A stretch of 64,000 bases of DNA from an uncultured Desulfobacteraceae bacterium (GCA_913060875.1 CAJXSL010000001.1:1079398-1143397); one strand, 5' to 3'; positions 29,162 to 38,824 are shown, counted from the first letter of the stretch. Notes: generated by a model from the sequence alone, not told the origin. Numbers and translations are program-made.

Positions 29162-29740
29162 ATGGACAGGAAAGCACCGCTTGGCAGGTTTAGACGTTGC
29201 CTGGCAAGGGTTATGGGCTTTGGCATTGCTCTTCTGTTGCTGCTGCCGGGCAGCAGCAATGCCTTTCCCGTTTTCTGCATGGATATCATCAAAGCCCCGG
29301 ATCGGGTGATTACCGGGTGTCGAACAGAAGCCGAGGATTCGCCGGCGAGGGTGGATGCCCCTGATTCCGTGCCGAGAGAAGCAGATGAGGACCTCAGCCC
29401 GGTGGATGCGCTTTTAACGCCCAAACCTGTCAACAAGCAACTGTTCCAGGTCGGTCGTCATGGGCTTGCCAGCGATGCCCAAAACCAAGGCGACAAGGCA
29501 ACGCCGGACGGTGGCGGTGTCAAATCGGACCGGATATCCGCCGAGGACAAGGCCATTGCCGCCGGTAAACTGATGGATACTGTAACGTACGATGAGCGCT
29601 GGTATTACATGTCGATCGACAAGGATGGCACCTATCTGTTTGTCGGAGACGTGTTTGATGCGGAGGATCCGATCACAGACTCGGGCGGCGACGATTATCT
29701 GCCGGATGGGGTCGGCATCGGTAAGAAATGGACGTTCTGA
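29162..29740 (+). CDS. Hypothetical exported protein
   Basis: RBS GGAG; basic N-terminus, hydrophobic stretch and SNA cleavage site; acidic body ending GVGIGKKWTF. Confidence 0.65.
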   Translation: MDRKAPLGRFRRCLARVMGFGIALLLLLPGSSNAFPVFCMDIIKAPDRVITGCRTEAEDSPARVDAPDSVPREADEDLSPVDALLTPKPVNKQLFQVGRHGLASDAQNQGDKATPDGGGVKSDRISAEDKAIAAGKLMDTVTYDERWYYMSIDKDGTYLFVGDVFDAEDPITDSGGDDYLPDGVGIGKKWTF

Positions 29741-29810
29741 AACGCTTCGGTCTGTACCGGGCGAGTTTGCGGCATTTGGATTTCGAAAGAGGCCCTTGTG
29801 GCGGTCCCCG

Positions 29811-30938
29811 TCAAGTGCTTGGCAGGGCTTGGCCGGCTAATTTTTTCAGGCGGGTTTCGACGCTCCGATAATTACGATCCAGATCATGATGCCGGCTGAT
29901 GTGGTGCTGGGCCGCAATGCCCATGCGCTGGCGCAATGCATCGTTCACCAACAGATGTCGGATGTGCCGTTCAAACGCCTCCCAATCCCCCGGGGGGCAC
30001 AGCAGTCCGGTTGCATCGTGCCGTACGACCTCGGAGGCCCCCCACCCCTGGCAGGCGACAACGGGCAATCCCGCTGCCTGGGCCTCCAGGTACACCATTC
30101 CCAATCCCTCCTGAATGCCGGGGAAAACAAACAGGTCGGCCTGGCGGTAACAATCGGGCATTTGATTTCGCGGGACCCGTCCGGTAAAAAAAACATTTTC
30201 TCCCAGACATTTTTGGGCGAGCTGTTGCAAGTCTTTGCGTTTTTCCCCATCACCGCAGATGACCAGGCGGAAGCGATACCCCTTTTCAGATAGACGACCA
30301 CAGGCCCGAATAACCCGGGCAACACCATCGGCTTTGACGCCGGGTCGGAACATGGCCGCGGTCAGAATCACGGGACGTTGATCGTGACGCCATTCCGGCC
30401 GCAACGGTCTTAGAGGTGTTCGGTCCTTGCGGAAGTGGTCTACGTGAATTCCGGGCGCGATATAGTGCAGGCGGTGGTCCGGCACCAGGCGCCGCAGATT
30501 GATCTGGTCACGGCGTTTGTTGGTGAATACGGCGCTGGCCTGTTTCAGGGAGAAGCGGTTCAGATAAAATCCCGGTTTGGTTTTCCACTGCCGGCGGTAC
30601 TTGGTGGCGTACACCCCCTGGAAGATCGCATAGGGGATTCCGGCAGCCGGGGCGCATGTGGTGCCCAGCACATCCGGGGCTTTATAATAGGCGTGGTAGG
30701 TCAGCCAGACATGCGGCCGGAACTGCTGGAGCATTCGCCGGGCCCGTGCCATCTCAAGGAGGAGGTGTGCCCACAGCCAGGGCTTCCAATAGATCCAGCG
30801 CGCCCGAAGGCGACTGACGAGCCGTATGTCATGACCGCGATCGCGCAGGAACCGGTGCAACTCGGTGCCGATCACCAAATCCCCGGAAGGGTGGGGATGA
30901 TCCAGTGGTTTGAACGGCATGTAGAAGGCAATACGCAC
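29811..30938 (-). CDS. Glycosyltransferase family 4
   Basis: RIAFYMPFKP..PSGD N-terminus (GTG start) and EGLGMVYLEAQAAG (E-x7-E). Confidence 0.9.
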   Translation of the reverse strand: MRIAFYMPFKPLDHPHPSGDLVIGTELHRFLRDRGHDIRLVSRLRARWIYWKPWLWAHLLLEMARARRMLQQFRPHVWLTYHAYYKAPDVLGTTCAPAAGIPYAIFQGVYATKYRRQWKTKPGFYLNRFSLKQASAVFTNKRRDQINLRRLVPDHRLHYIAPGIHVDHFRKDRTPLRPLRPEWRHDQRPVILTAAMFRPGVKADGVARVIRACGRLSEKGYRFRLVICGDGEKRKDLQQLAQKCLGENVFFTGRVPRNQMPDCYRQADLFVFPGIQEGLGMVYLEAQAAGLPVVACQGWGASEVVRHDATGLLCPPGDWEAFERHIRHLLVNDALRQRMGIAAQHHISRHHDLDRNYRSVETRLKKLAGQALPST

Positions 30939-31007
30939 CGGCAATTCCTGTCGCCCGAGATAAATACGATTGATATTTAGGGTATTCCCCATTAAAAGTA
31001 AACCGTT

Positions 31008-32198
31008 ATGAAACGACTGGATCTTTTGATTTATGCGCACGACGGCCGCGGCTTGGGGCATGCCAGCCGGAGTGTTGCCATCGGCCTGGCCGTCAGGCGG
31101 CTGTTTCCTGAGTTGCGCGTATTGTTCGTTTCCGGCCTGAAACAAAGCGCCAGTCTTATCGGCGGCGGCCGGTTAGACTGGGTAAAGCTTCCATCATACG
31201 AGACGCGGGTTGTGGATGGGATATCCAGAGGGTGGACCGGCAACAGTAATTTCAGCGACCGGGAACTCGGTGCCATTCGTTCCGGCATGCTTAAGGACAT
31301 CGTTGGCCGGTTGAAGCCCCGCTGCGTCCTGAGTGACCATATGCCCCAGGGAAAACATCGCGAATTGCTACCGGCTCTGGAAGTTGCCGGTTCCGAAGAC
31401 AATGCCTATTGGATTTTGGGGATGCGGGGGGTAATCGGCGATGTGGCCGGGGTATGGTCGGATGAGGCCGTAGCGATTTTTCAACGGTTCTACAAGGATA
31501 TCCTCTGGTATGGGGATCAAAACGTGCTGGGCGCAGAAAGCCCCGATAGAATTGCCCGACGCTTCGATACAGTACCCTTGGCGACCGGATACGTTTCCCG
31601 CCTGATGGAATGGCAGCGTATGGCGGCGCCCAGCCGTGCGTCTCAACCATCGCTGACCGCTTCGGTTTCGATCCCCTGGATCGGGGAACACACCCTGGCG
31701 TTTATCGATGCTCTGGCCGGTGTCGTGGAGCACATCGGATCGGCGGCCGGTGAATGGCACCTTTTCCTTGATTCCCAGGCATTCGGAGACAATGTCCCCG
31801 GGGTGGTTGACCGACTTCGACGTTTACCCCACTGCCGTCTGTTCAAACCGGGGGCGGCATATTTCAGTTCGCTGATGCGGTCCCGCATGGCCATCATCTA
31901 CGGCGGCTACAACAGCCTGACCGATCTTCTCTATGCCGGTGTTCCCGGTCTTGTCATCCTGCGTGACATGGCCGATCAGGAACAGCAGAAGCACCTGCAC
32001 TGCCTGCAATACAGGTTCCCAAACCAGTTGTCTTCAATGCATGAGAAGCAATGCTCACAGGACAATCTGGCGGAAAATGTGAAAAGGATGATGGAAATGC
32101 CTTCTGAGAAAGGTCTGGAAATCCGTTTGGACGGGGCGGAAACTGCTGCGCGACATCTGCACCAAACTATTGTCGACCACCGAAACCGCTTTTCATGA
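31008..32198 (+). CDS. Predicted GT-B glycosyltransferase (COG4671-like)
   Basis: YAHDGRGLGHASRS, VKLPS, GGYNS and EQ motifs. Confidence 0.85.
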   Translation: MKRLDLLIYAHDGRGLGHASRSVAIGLAVRRLFPELRVLFVSGLKQSASLIGGGRLDWVKLPSYETRVVDGISRGWTGNSNFSDRELGAIRSGMLKDIVGRLKPRCVLSDHMPQGKHRELLPALEVAGSEDNAYWILGMRGVIGDVAGVWSDEAVAIFQRFYKDILWYGDQNVLGAESPDRIARRFDTVPLATGYVSRLMEWQRMAAPSRASQPSLTASVSIPWIGEHTLAFIDALAGVVEHIGSAAGEWHLFLDSQAFGDNVPGVVDRLRRLPHCRLFKPGAAYFSSLMRSRMAIIYGGYNSLTDLLYAGVPGLVILRDMADQEQQKHLHCLQYRFPNQLSSMHEKQCSQDNLAENVKRMMEMPSEKGLEIRLDGAETAARHLHQTIVDHRNRFS

Positions 32199-32328
32199 TG
32201 CAAAAGGCGATTACCTTCCATGGTGGTCGAGAGATGCCAGCCGGTATCAAGCGCATTTCCGCATAGGCCGTGCCAATCAGGATCAGCATAAACAGCAGCA
32301 TACTCATAACGATAAAAAATTTCCTCAT
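32167..32328 (-). CDS. Putative 53-aa exported peptide or 5' remnant of an exported-protein gene
   Basis: RBS GGAG; MRKFFIVMSMLLFMLILIGTAYA signal peptide; overlaps the 3' end of the convergent GT gene by 32 bp. Confidence 0.4.
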   Translation of the reverse strand: MRKFFIVMSMLLFMLILIGTAYAEMRLIPAGISRPPWKVIAFCIMKSGFGGRQ

Positions 32329-32437
32329 GATAATAGCTCCATAGCGGTGCGAATAGCGATTAAGGTTTTATTCGGGAGTTCTTTCGAATATTCTAACGCT
32401 GGCTTGGGTCTGAGAAGACTGCGAAAGGAAGGACGGT

Positions 32438-32965
32438 ATGGCAATCAAGACGATTCTGTTGATGGCGCAAACGCTGGACGGAAAAATCGCCAGACACGCC
32501 GATCATTTTCCGGATTGGACCGGTAAAGCCGACAAGCAGCTTTTCGTACGCCTGACACGTCGTGCCGGGGCGATCATCATGGGATCCAAAACCTATGACA
32601 CCATCGGCAAACCCCTGCCCGGGCGCAGAAACATCGTCATGACGCGCAACCCCAGCCGGGTTTCCCAATGGGAGAATCTCATTTATACCAGCCAGTCGCC
32701 CCAGGTTATTCTGGAGGGATTAGAGGATGAGGGTTTCAATGAGGTTGTTCTGGCGGGCGGGGCGCGCATCAATACGCTTTTTGCCGAAAACGGGCTCATC
32801 GATGAAGTAATGGTGACCATTACGCCCATGATTTTCGGCTCCGGGATCGCGATGTTTGAAAAGGGTGTGGGGGGCCGACTCTCTCTCCTGCGGGTCATTC
32901 CAATCGACCCTGAACGGGTTTGCCTGCACTATCGGTTTATAGACACCACACAGGAAACGGGTTGA
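32438..32965 (+). CDS. Dihydrofolate reductase family protein
   Basis: TLDGKIA, IMGSKTY, KPLPGRRNIVMTR, AGGA and FGSG. Confidence 0.88.
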   Translation: MAIKTILLMAQTLDGKIARHADHFPDWTGKADKQLFVRLTRRAGAIIMGSKTYDTIGKPLPGRRNIVMTRNPSRVSQWENLIYTSQSPQVILEGLEDEGFNEVVLAGGARINTLFAENGLIDEVMVTITPMIFGSGIAMFEKGVGGRLSLLRVIPIDPERVCLHYRFIDTTQETG

Positions 32966-33104
32966 TTCTCCTCTGAGATCGGCGGACCGGATTGCTGAAC
33001 CAGGAGCGTTTCGCCATCCAATTGATTCTTACATGGTTCCGGGACAGGCTATGAATTTTTTAATGCGACGACCCGCCCCTAAACCCTGATAGTACGCACT
33101 TGGT

Positions 33105-33983
33105 TTAGGAACCTGCTTTGCGGAAGGCCAAATAGACATTCGCCGCAAAGATGAGCAGAGCACCCGCCCACCCCCGGACCGTCAACGCCGGATCCATTGC
33201 GATAAGAGGACCTGCGAAAGCGGCAATCAGAATACGCGTGGAGGAAAGGATACTGCCCTCCACCGCTGTGACATACCGGAAACCAAGCGTTATAAGGTAC
33301 TGCCCGGCAATACCGAACCCGCCGCACAGGGTAAGATAGATGATATCGGCGCCTTTCTTGATGACCATGCGATCATGGAACCCGGTGAAGATCAAAAGGC
33401 TGCCAAGGCCGAACATGTAGAACAAGATGGTCTCGGAATCGTGTGCCCGTCGGCTGAGGTTTAAGTAGATAATGGCCAGGGCGGCGCTGATGCCCGAGGC
33501 CAGTCCCCAGAAATGCTGGATGTCGATGGCCAAATTACCCGGGTGGAGGATGAGGACAATGCCGGCAAAAGCGATCATAAGGGCCAGCGACGTCCGCCAT
33601 TCCCGCTGGTTGGGGAGAAAAGCCCATGTCATCAAAGCCACGAAAAGCGGATACGTCATGTTGAGGATGTTGGCATGGGCCACCGAAGTTGTCTGGACGG
33701 CTTTGTAGAAGCAATAGACGGCAATACAGTTGGCAACCGTTCGCCCGACCAATAGATGATAGCTGATGGGACGTGGCGGTCGCTTCTGGTGCATCAGGAT
33801 GCCGGCGATGACCACAAAGCCAAGCAAAAAACGCACCAATACGTAGAAGGCGGGGTCAGGGTTGATATCCTGTATCTGTGCCCATCGGATTGTGGCGGTG
33901 GACAGGTAGAAGCAGAGGGCCGAGGCCAGGACGGCAGCGCTGCCGGCCATCGCCTGGATGCGCGCTTTGGATCGGGTCACCAT
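33105..33983 (-). CDS. DMT/EamA family transporter
   Basis: About 10 hydrophobic segments in two EamA repeats; start uncertain (33983 or 34016). Confidence 0.85.
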   Translation of the reverse strand: MVTRSKARIQAMAGSAAVLASALCFYLSTATIRWAQIQDINPDPAFYVLVRFLLGFVVIAGILMHQKRPPRPISYHLLVGRTVANCIAVYCFYKAVQTTSVAHANILNMTYPLFVALMTWAFLPNQREWRTSLALMIAFAGIVLILHPGNLAIDIQHFWGLASGISAALAIIYLNLSRRAHDSETILFYMFGLGSLLIFTGFHDRMVIKKGADIIYLTLCGGFGIAGQYLITLGFRYVTAVEGSILSSTRILIAAFAGPLIAMDPALTVRGWAGALLIFAANVYLAFRKAGS

Positions 33984-34105
33984 TTTGAATTTTACCGCCC
34001 GCTTTTCCTGGCGCAACGACCAGGGTTACGCAACGGGCGCGTCCTTTTCGCAGATCACGAACCGCTGCAAGAGAGGGCCTTTGTCGCTATTTGACGGACT
34101 ATCGG

Positions 34106-34420
34106 TCAGTCACCAATGGTTTTACTCAAGTTGGGCAGGGTTTCCGGTTTGTCTCGAACGACATAGCGACTGTCGCCATCCCGTGCCGTTACATTTTCAT
34201 ACACGCCATCATCCCGTTTAACCAATTTGGTAAATCCCAGGTCTTTAAGCTCGGCATTGGAGCGCGTCGTGCTGATATTGGTGTGTGAAATCAGTTTTCT
34301 GATCGGTTGACCGCACTCGGGGCAACACGTGAGGGGGGCGTCATGAATGGACTGTCGGACTTCAAAGGTCGTTCCCAGGGAGCATGCTTGTTTGGTGTGC
34401 TCATATTCGTAAACCGGCAT
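34106..34420 (-). CDS. FmdB family zinc-ribbon protein
   Basis: MPVYEYE..FEVRQSI..CPECG..KLIS; the first knuckle is H-x4-C instead of CxxC. Confidence 0.85.
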   Translation of the reverse strand: MPVYEYEHTKQACSLGTTFEVRQSIHDAPLTCCPECGQPIRKLISHTNISTTRSNAELKDLGFTKLVKRDDGVYENVTARDGDSRYVVRDKPETLPNLSKTIGD

Positions 34421-34597
34421 GGTGTTATTCTTTCCTTCCTTCAGATTCGCCGATCGCTCAGGATGACACAAGGGGCATTTGGGGCCCACTTGCTTAAACT
34501 TAGCAATTTGGGCGAGGGGTATTCAACCCTTTTCCCATTGAGTTGTCATTTAACCTGATCGTGTAAACTACCTTTTTGAGTATGGTTATATTGAACG

Positions 34598-35614
34598 TTA
34601 ATATTTTTGCAACGCATACTCAATTTTCCCTATTACCTCTTCAGGGGTGATTAAGCGCATTCTGTCTTTTTTGGTTTTTCGGGTGATTGCCCCTTTTTTC
34701 TCGCCCGGCAGATGGTACTTGTTGATCAGAAGATCCTGGAAACGACGGTATGGTCCGCATCGCCTGGGGTCTGAATAGCCATAAAGAGCAACTGTGGGAA
34801 TGTTTAGGGCCACGGCCATGTGCATAGGACCGGTATCCGGTGCCACCACAACACGGGAACCAGCCAGCTGTAGCAAGGTATTGCGAACCGGCTTTTCAAG
34901 GGCCACCAGGGGCGTGCAGCGGCATAGGCCAAGAATCTTATCCGCAAGGCGTCTTTCCCGCTCGCTTGGCCCGCCCACAATCATGGGCTGAAGGCCCAGG
35001 CAATCGTTAACCTTGTCCATGACCCGAGCGTAGCCCTTTGCATGCCAGTCTTTTTCAATCTTAGACGATGCGATCACAAAGGAGACCACCGGGCGATCTA
35101 TCAATTTAAAGAATTCGGTCTGGTAGGCCCGTTCTTCATCAGTGATATGGATGCCCCAGTCAAGGGGAGTGTCGGGCATGTTCGAAGCATCGAGGAACTC
35201 GAAAAACTGGGTCAGGACATGTCCGGACGGCCGGTGGGGTATACGTCGGTTTGAAAAGAACCACTGGAGTTCCCTTGATCGTCTAATATCATATCCCAAT
35301 TTCACCTTACCCTTGGCGGCCAGGGAGATTATGCTGGCCTTGAAGCTGACTTGGAGCATGAATACGAGATCGAAAGGCTCATTCCCCAATTCCTCGGAAA
35401 TTTTTTTTAAGGCGCCGAGTCCGCTTTTTGGGGAAAAAATGACAAAATGGTCCACATTATTTTGATGCTTCACCAAATCGTAGGTGAGGGGTTTCAGAAT
35501 CCAGGTAATGTGGGCACGGGGCCGCGCCTTTCTAAGCCGATTCACAAAGGCCAGGGTATGGGCCACGTCCCCCAGGGCCGAGAATCGGATGATCAGAATT
35601 CGTTCACTGCTCAT
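34598..35614 (-). CDS. Glycosyltransferase family 9 (heptosyltransferase-like)
   Basis: IIRFSALGDV, KDW, DTGPMHMAVAL and LYG.SDP..GPY. Confidence 0.9.
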   Translation of the reverse strand: MSSERILIIRFSALGDVAHTLAFVNRLRKARPRAHITWILKPLTYDLVKHQNNVDHFVIFSPKSGLGALKKISEELGNEPFDLVFMLQVSFKASIISLAAKGKVKLGYDIRRSRELQWFFSNRRIPHRPSGHVLTQFFEFLDASNMPDTPLDWGIHITDEERAYQTEFFKLIDRPVVSFVIASSKIEKDWHAKGYARVMDKVNDCLGLQPMIVGGPSERERRLADKILGLCRCTPLVALEKPVRNTLLQLAGSRVVVAPDTGPMHMAVALNIPTVALYGYSDPRRCGPYRRFQDLLINKYHLPGEKKGAITRKTKKDRMRLITPEEVIGKIEYALQKY

Positions 35615-35923
35615 TAGCTTTCCTTTCAGATGCAGCAATCAATAAACTTACAAAAAATTAAACTTACCACAGAGAGTACGGAAGGGAAAAATGATCTTTG
35701 AGGGGCTATTGCCGGTAGGTTTGCATATTAAAAACTTGTTACCATAAGACGTTGACTGTTGGATGCTCGATGTTCATGCGGTTTCTCTGCCCTCTGTTGT
35801 GGGAATAATTTCTTGTGGAATTTGTCCCTCCGACCTAATCCTTGACACCTTCGCCCAGGTAAAATATTTTTGGCTACAGTGCAATAGATTTAAACTTTAA
35901 CCCGAATCACAGGATCATACCCA

Positions 35924-36322
35924 TTGAAAATCGATATTTCCATAGGGGAGTTGGTAGACAAGGTCAGCATTCTTGCCATCAAGCTTGAGAAAATTTCGGA
36001 CCCGTCGAAGGTAAAAAACATTCGGAAAGAATACGAATTACTGCTGAAACCCATGATAGATTGCGGTATCGAAACCGACTCCGAAGCGTTCCTGGCCCTC
36101 AAGAACATCAATGTCAAGTTATGGGAGATTGAAGACGAGATTCGAATCAAGGAGGCGGAGAAGGTTTTTGACAGCGAGTTCATCGAACTTGCAAGGAGCG
36201 TTTATTTTACGAACGATGATCGAGCGGCGGTAAAAAAACGTATCAATCTGGACACCGGGTCCGAATTGGTTGAAGAAAAGGAATACGTGGAATACAAGGG
36301 TAAGTCTAAAAGCACCCCGTAA
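35924..36322 (+). CDS. DUF6165-like protein
   Basis: ISIGELVDKVSIL, INVKLWEIEDEIR, FIELARSVY..ND.R and EEKEY; TTG start. Confidence 0.8.
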   Translation: MKIDISIGELVDKVSILAIKLEKISDPSKVKNIRKEYELLLKPMIDCGIETDSEAFLALKNINVKLWEIEDEIRIKEAEKVFDSEFIELARSVYFTNDDRAAVKKRINLDTGSELVEEKEYVEYKGKSKSTP

Positions 36323-36653
36323 ATGTATATGCTCTCCATACAATTAAGCAATTTGTTACCTAATCGCAACTTAGGTCCGACTACAGATAGATTGAGATAG
36401 GACGCAGCCGTTACGCGGCAGCTCACCATCCTGGCCATCTTTTGTTGTTTACCCACCGTGCCATTCACGTCTTATTTTCCAGTACCTGATCCTATAAACG
36501 GCTTGCTAATTGAGCAGGGTGAAAACATTAAATACATCCAAACTCTCAACTTGGGCACTCAAGCCCGGCCGTCACTTTGAACGTTTATGCCCACCTCATG
36601 AAAAGCATCAATCAGGGTGCTGCCAAGGGTCTCGAAACAGCGGTTTTGGGGGT

Positions 36654-36675
36654 AAATGGAGACCAAATGGAGACC
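36654..36675. repeat. Tandem AAATGGAGACC x2, resembling integrase arm-type sites
   Basis: Exact 11-bp tandem repeat about 50 bp from the tRNA 3' end. Confidence 0.55.
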
Positions 36676-36684
36676 AAAACGCAA

Positions 36685-36716
36685 CAAGGGGCTACGGCAT
36701 GTGCCGTAACCCCTTG
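36685..36716 (-). terminator. Hairpin downstream of tRNA-Val
   Basis: CAAGGGGTTACGGCA/TGCCGTAGCCCCTTG stem (one G-U pair on the minus strand), followed by TTGCGTTTT. Confidence 0.6.
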
Positions 36717-36723
36717 ATATGAC

Positions 36724-36798
36724 TGGTGGGCGGTACTGGGATTGAACCAGTGACTTCTACCGTGTGAAGGTAGCACTCTCCCGCTGAGTTAACCGCCC
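36724..36798 (-). tRNA. tRNA-Val(CAC)
   Basis: GGGCGGT acceptor stem, CTACC-TTCACAC-GGTAG anticodon arm, GGTTCAATCC T loop and encoded CCA; 75 nt. Confidence 0.97.
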
Positions 36799-36799
36799 G

Positions 36800-37081
36800 T
36801 TATATCGATATATCCACCATCTCTTTGAGCTCTTTGCCAACCTTGAAAAAAGGCAGCTTTTTGGACGGGACGCGGATTTTTTCGCCGGTCTTTGGATTTC
36901 GGCCGGTGTAGGATTTGTATCCGTTGACCGTAAAACTTCCAAAGCCCCTGATTTCAACCCGTCCCCCCTGGCCAAGGGCATCTTCAATGGATTGAAAGAA
37001 CACATTCACAATTTTTTCGGCTTCCTGACGACTTAGGTTGGCGGTTTCCTTGAGAGCCATCATCAAATCGGACTTGTTCAT
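36800..37081 (-). CDS. ihfB: Integration host factor beta-like (IHF/HU family)
   Basis: MNKSDL, RVEIRGFGSF, GRNPKTGE and FKVGKELKE. Confidence 0.88.
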   Translation of the reverse strand: MNKSDLMMALKETANLSRQEAEKIVNVFFQSIEDALGQGGRVEIRGFGSFTVNGYKSYTGRNPKTGEKIRVPSKKLPFFKVGKELKEMVDISI

Positions 37082-37161
37082 TAAGACTCCTTTGGTTATC
37101 CGACCCCGCGTTTTTGAAGACGAAAACAAGTTGGCTTTATACTCTTGGCGGGGTTTTCAAG

Positions 37162-38064
37162 TCAAGATTTTTTTCCATCGAAATTGTTCGCTTTTGCATC
37201 TTTCCCGAATGCCGGTGCGCTACGGGGCGATTCCTGATCATCAGACGCGGCTTCGGTTCCCGTGGGGTTTGTTTCCCCCGATGGATCCTTTTCCCGGGAT
37301 GGATCGGTAGGCAGTGACGGTCGGCCCTCCGGTGCGGGGGTCGGTTTAATGTCCGCCGGGGAATCAGAATCCGTTTTAAGGCTATTGGCCGCCGGGTTAG
37401 CTTCTGGGGGCCGGTCAAGCATGGCATCCCGAGGCTCCGGATGTTCGGCGCCGTCTGCCGCCGGGTGCCCCAGGGATGCCTCTTCCGGTGGCGACTGAAT
37501 CGTACCTTCCTCTTCGGGTAAACTGTATTTTTCAGCTTCGTCCGTTCCCAGGGATTCGATTTCCTTGGGAGAGGGGAGGTCCCGGAGATCTTTCAAATTG
37601 AAGACCTCGAGGAACTGCCGGGTCGTTCCATAGATCATGGGGCGGCCGGGTATGTCCTTGCGGCCGAGGACACGGATGAGTTTTTTTTCGAGGAGCATCC
37701 GCAGAACACCGCCGCAATCCACACCGCGGATATGCTCCACATCCGCACGGATGATCGGTTGTTTATAGGCAATGATGGCCAACGTTTCCAGTGCCGCGCG
37801 ACTCAATTTGGCGGGGGACGGTTTTAGAAACTTCTTGACCCATTCACTGTATTCCGAGCGGGTACGGAACTGGTACCCCCCGGCGATGTGCCGCAATTCG
37901 AATCCGCCGCCGCGGTGATCGTATTCCTGCGCCAGTTCTTCTACTGCCTTGCGGATCGCAACTGTATCCTCCGTTTCGATCAGGGCCTTCAGCTGCTGGA
38001 TGGAGACGGGCTCATCCGCAACAAATAAGAGACTTTCTATAATGAATTTCAGTGGCATTCTCAT
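37162..38064 (-). CDS. scpB: SMC-Scp complex subunit ScpB with long disordered C-terminal tail
   Basis: IESLLF, GGYQFRT, LSRAALETLAIIAYKQP, IRGVD and PGRPMIYGTT..FL..F.L..L.DLP. Confidence 0.95.
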   Translation of the reverse strand: MRMPLKFIIESLLFVADEPVSIQQLKALIETEDTVAIRKAVEELAQEYDHRGGGFELRHIAGGYQFRTRSEYSEWVKKFLKPSPAKLSRAALETLAIIAYKQPIIRADVEHIRGVDCGGVLRMLLEKKLIRVLGRKDIPGRPMIYGTTRQFLEVFNLKDLRDLPSPKEIESLGTDEAEKYSLPEEEGTIQSPPEEASLGHPAADGAEHPEPRDAMLDRPPEANPAANSLKTDSDSPADIKPTPAPEGRPSLPTDPSREKDPSGETNPTGTEAASDDQESPRSAPAFGKDAKANNFDGKKS

Positions 38065-38774
38065 TGGTAGAACATCCGGATCACCCCGGTCTGAACATGC
38101 TGGGTGATTCTCAGGAGGCTAAGTTTGACCATTTCCAGTACGGCCAGAAACGTTACGATGATATCGGCGCGGTGTCGACGCTCGACAAACAGTTCCTCAA
38201 ATGCCACCGAGCCCTTTTTCTCCAGTATATCAATAATTTCGTTGATGCGTTCCTTTACGGATATGCGTTCGGTATGAAGATCCACACGATGTTCACCGGA
38301 TACGTCATCTAAAATTTTCCGGAAGGCGTCGATCAGTTCGAAGAGACCCACGTGAATTTCTTTTTCTTCGATCGCAAAAGCGGACGTCTGGGGCGAGGGG
38401 GAACGAACAAATATCTTATCACCCAAGAGGTCGCGGTTGGCCAATTGCTGGGCGGCATTTTTCATCTGCAGGTATTCGATCAGGGGGCGCGAAATGGCAT
38501 TGCGGGGATCCTCGTCATCCTCTTCCTGACCGTCGTAAGCCGGCAGAAGCATGCGCGATTTGATCTGGGCGAGGGTTGCCGCCATGACAATGAAGTCGCC
38601 GGCGAACTCAATGTTCATGGCCTTCATCCATTCCAGATATCCCAGGTATTGGCGGGTGATCAAGGCAATGGGAATGTCGTAAATATCCACCTCATTCTTC
38701 TTGATAAGGTGGAGAAGGAGGTCCATGGGGCCCTCAAAGACATCCTCCAACTGGATTTGATAGCCGTCTGTCAT
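38061..38774 (-). CDS. scpA: Segregation and condensation protein A (kleisin)
   Basis: FEGPMDLLLHLI, IKSRMLLP, DPR and IVTFLAVLEM. Confidence 0.95.
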   Translation of the reverse strand: MTDGYQIQLEDVFEGPMDLLLHLIKKNEVDIYDIPIALITRQYLGYLEWMKAMNIEFAGDFIVMAATLAQIKSRMLLPAYDGQEEDDEDPRNAISRPLIEYLQMKNAAQQLANRDLLGDKIFVRSPSPQTSAFAIEEKEIHVGLFELIDAFRKILDDVSGEHRVDLHTERISVKERINEIIDILEKKGSVAFEELFVERRHRADIIVTFLAVLEMVKLSLLRITQHVQTGVIRMFYQ

Positions 38775-38824
38775 GGATGATGATGCTTATAATTGGGATA
38801 TTATCGCCCTCGTTAGTACGATGC

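Larger units (their letters stand above)
36503..36717 (+). pseudogene. C-terminal fragment of a tyrosine integrase (truncated, frameshifted)
   Basis: LLIEQGENIKYIQT (36503-36544), a 2-nt shift, then QLGHSSPAVTLNVYAHLMK..stop (36547-36717). Keeps the LGH..Y catalytic box; the HxxR box and N-terminus are absent. Confidence 0.85.

Noticed and set aside
36510..36722. 70-aa ORF in the track next to the tRNA
   Set aside because: Wrong frame; the informative sequence is the integrase remnant in the other two plus-strand frames.
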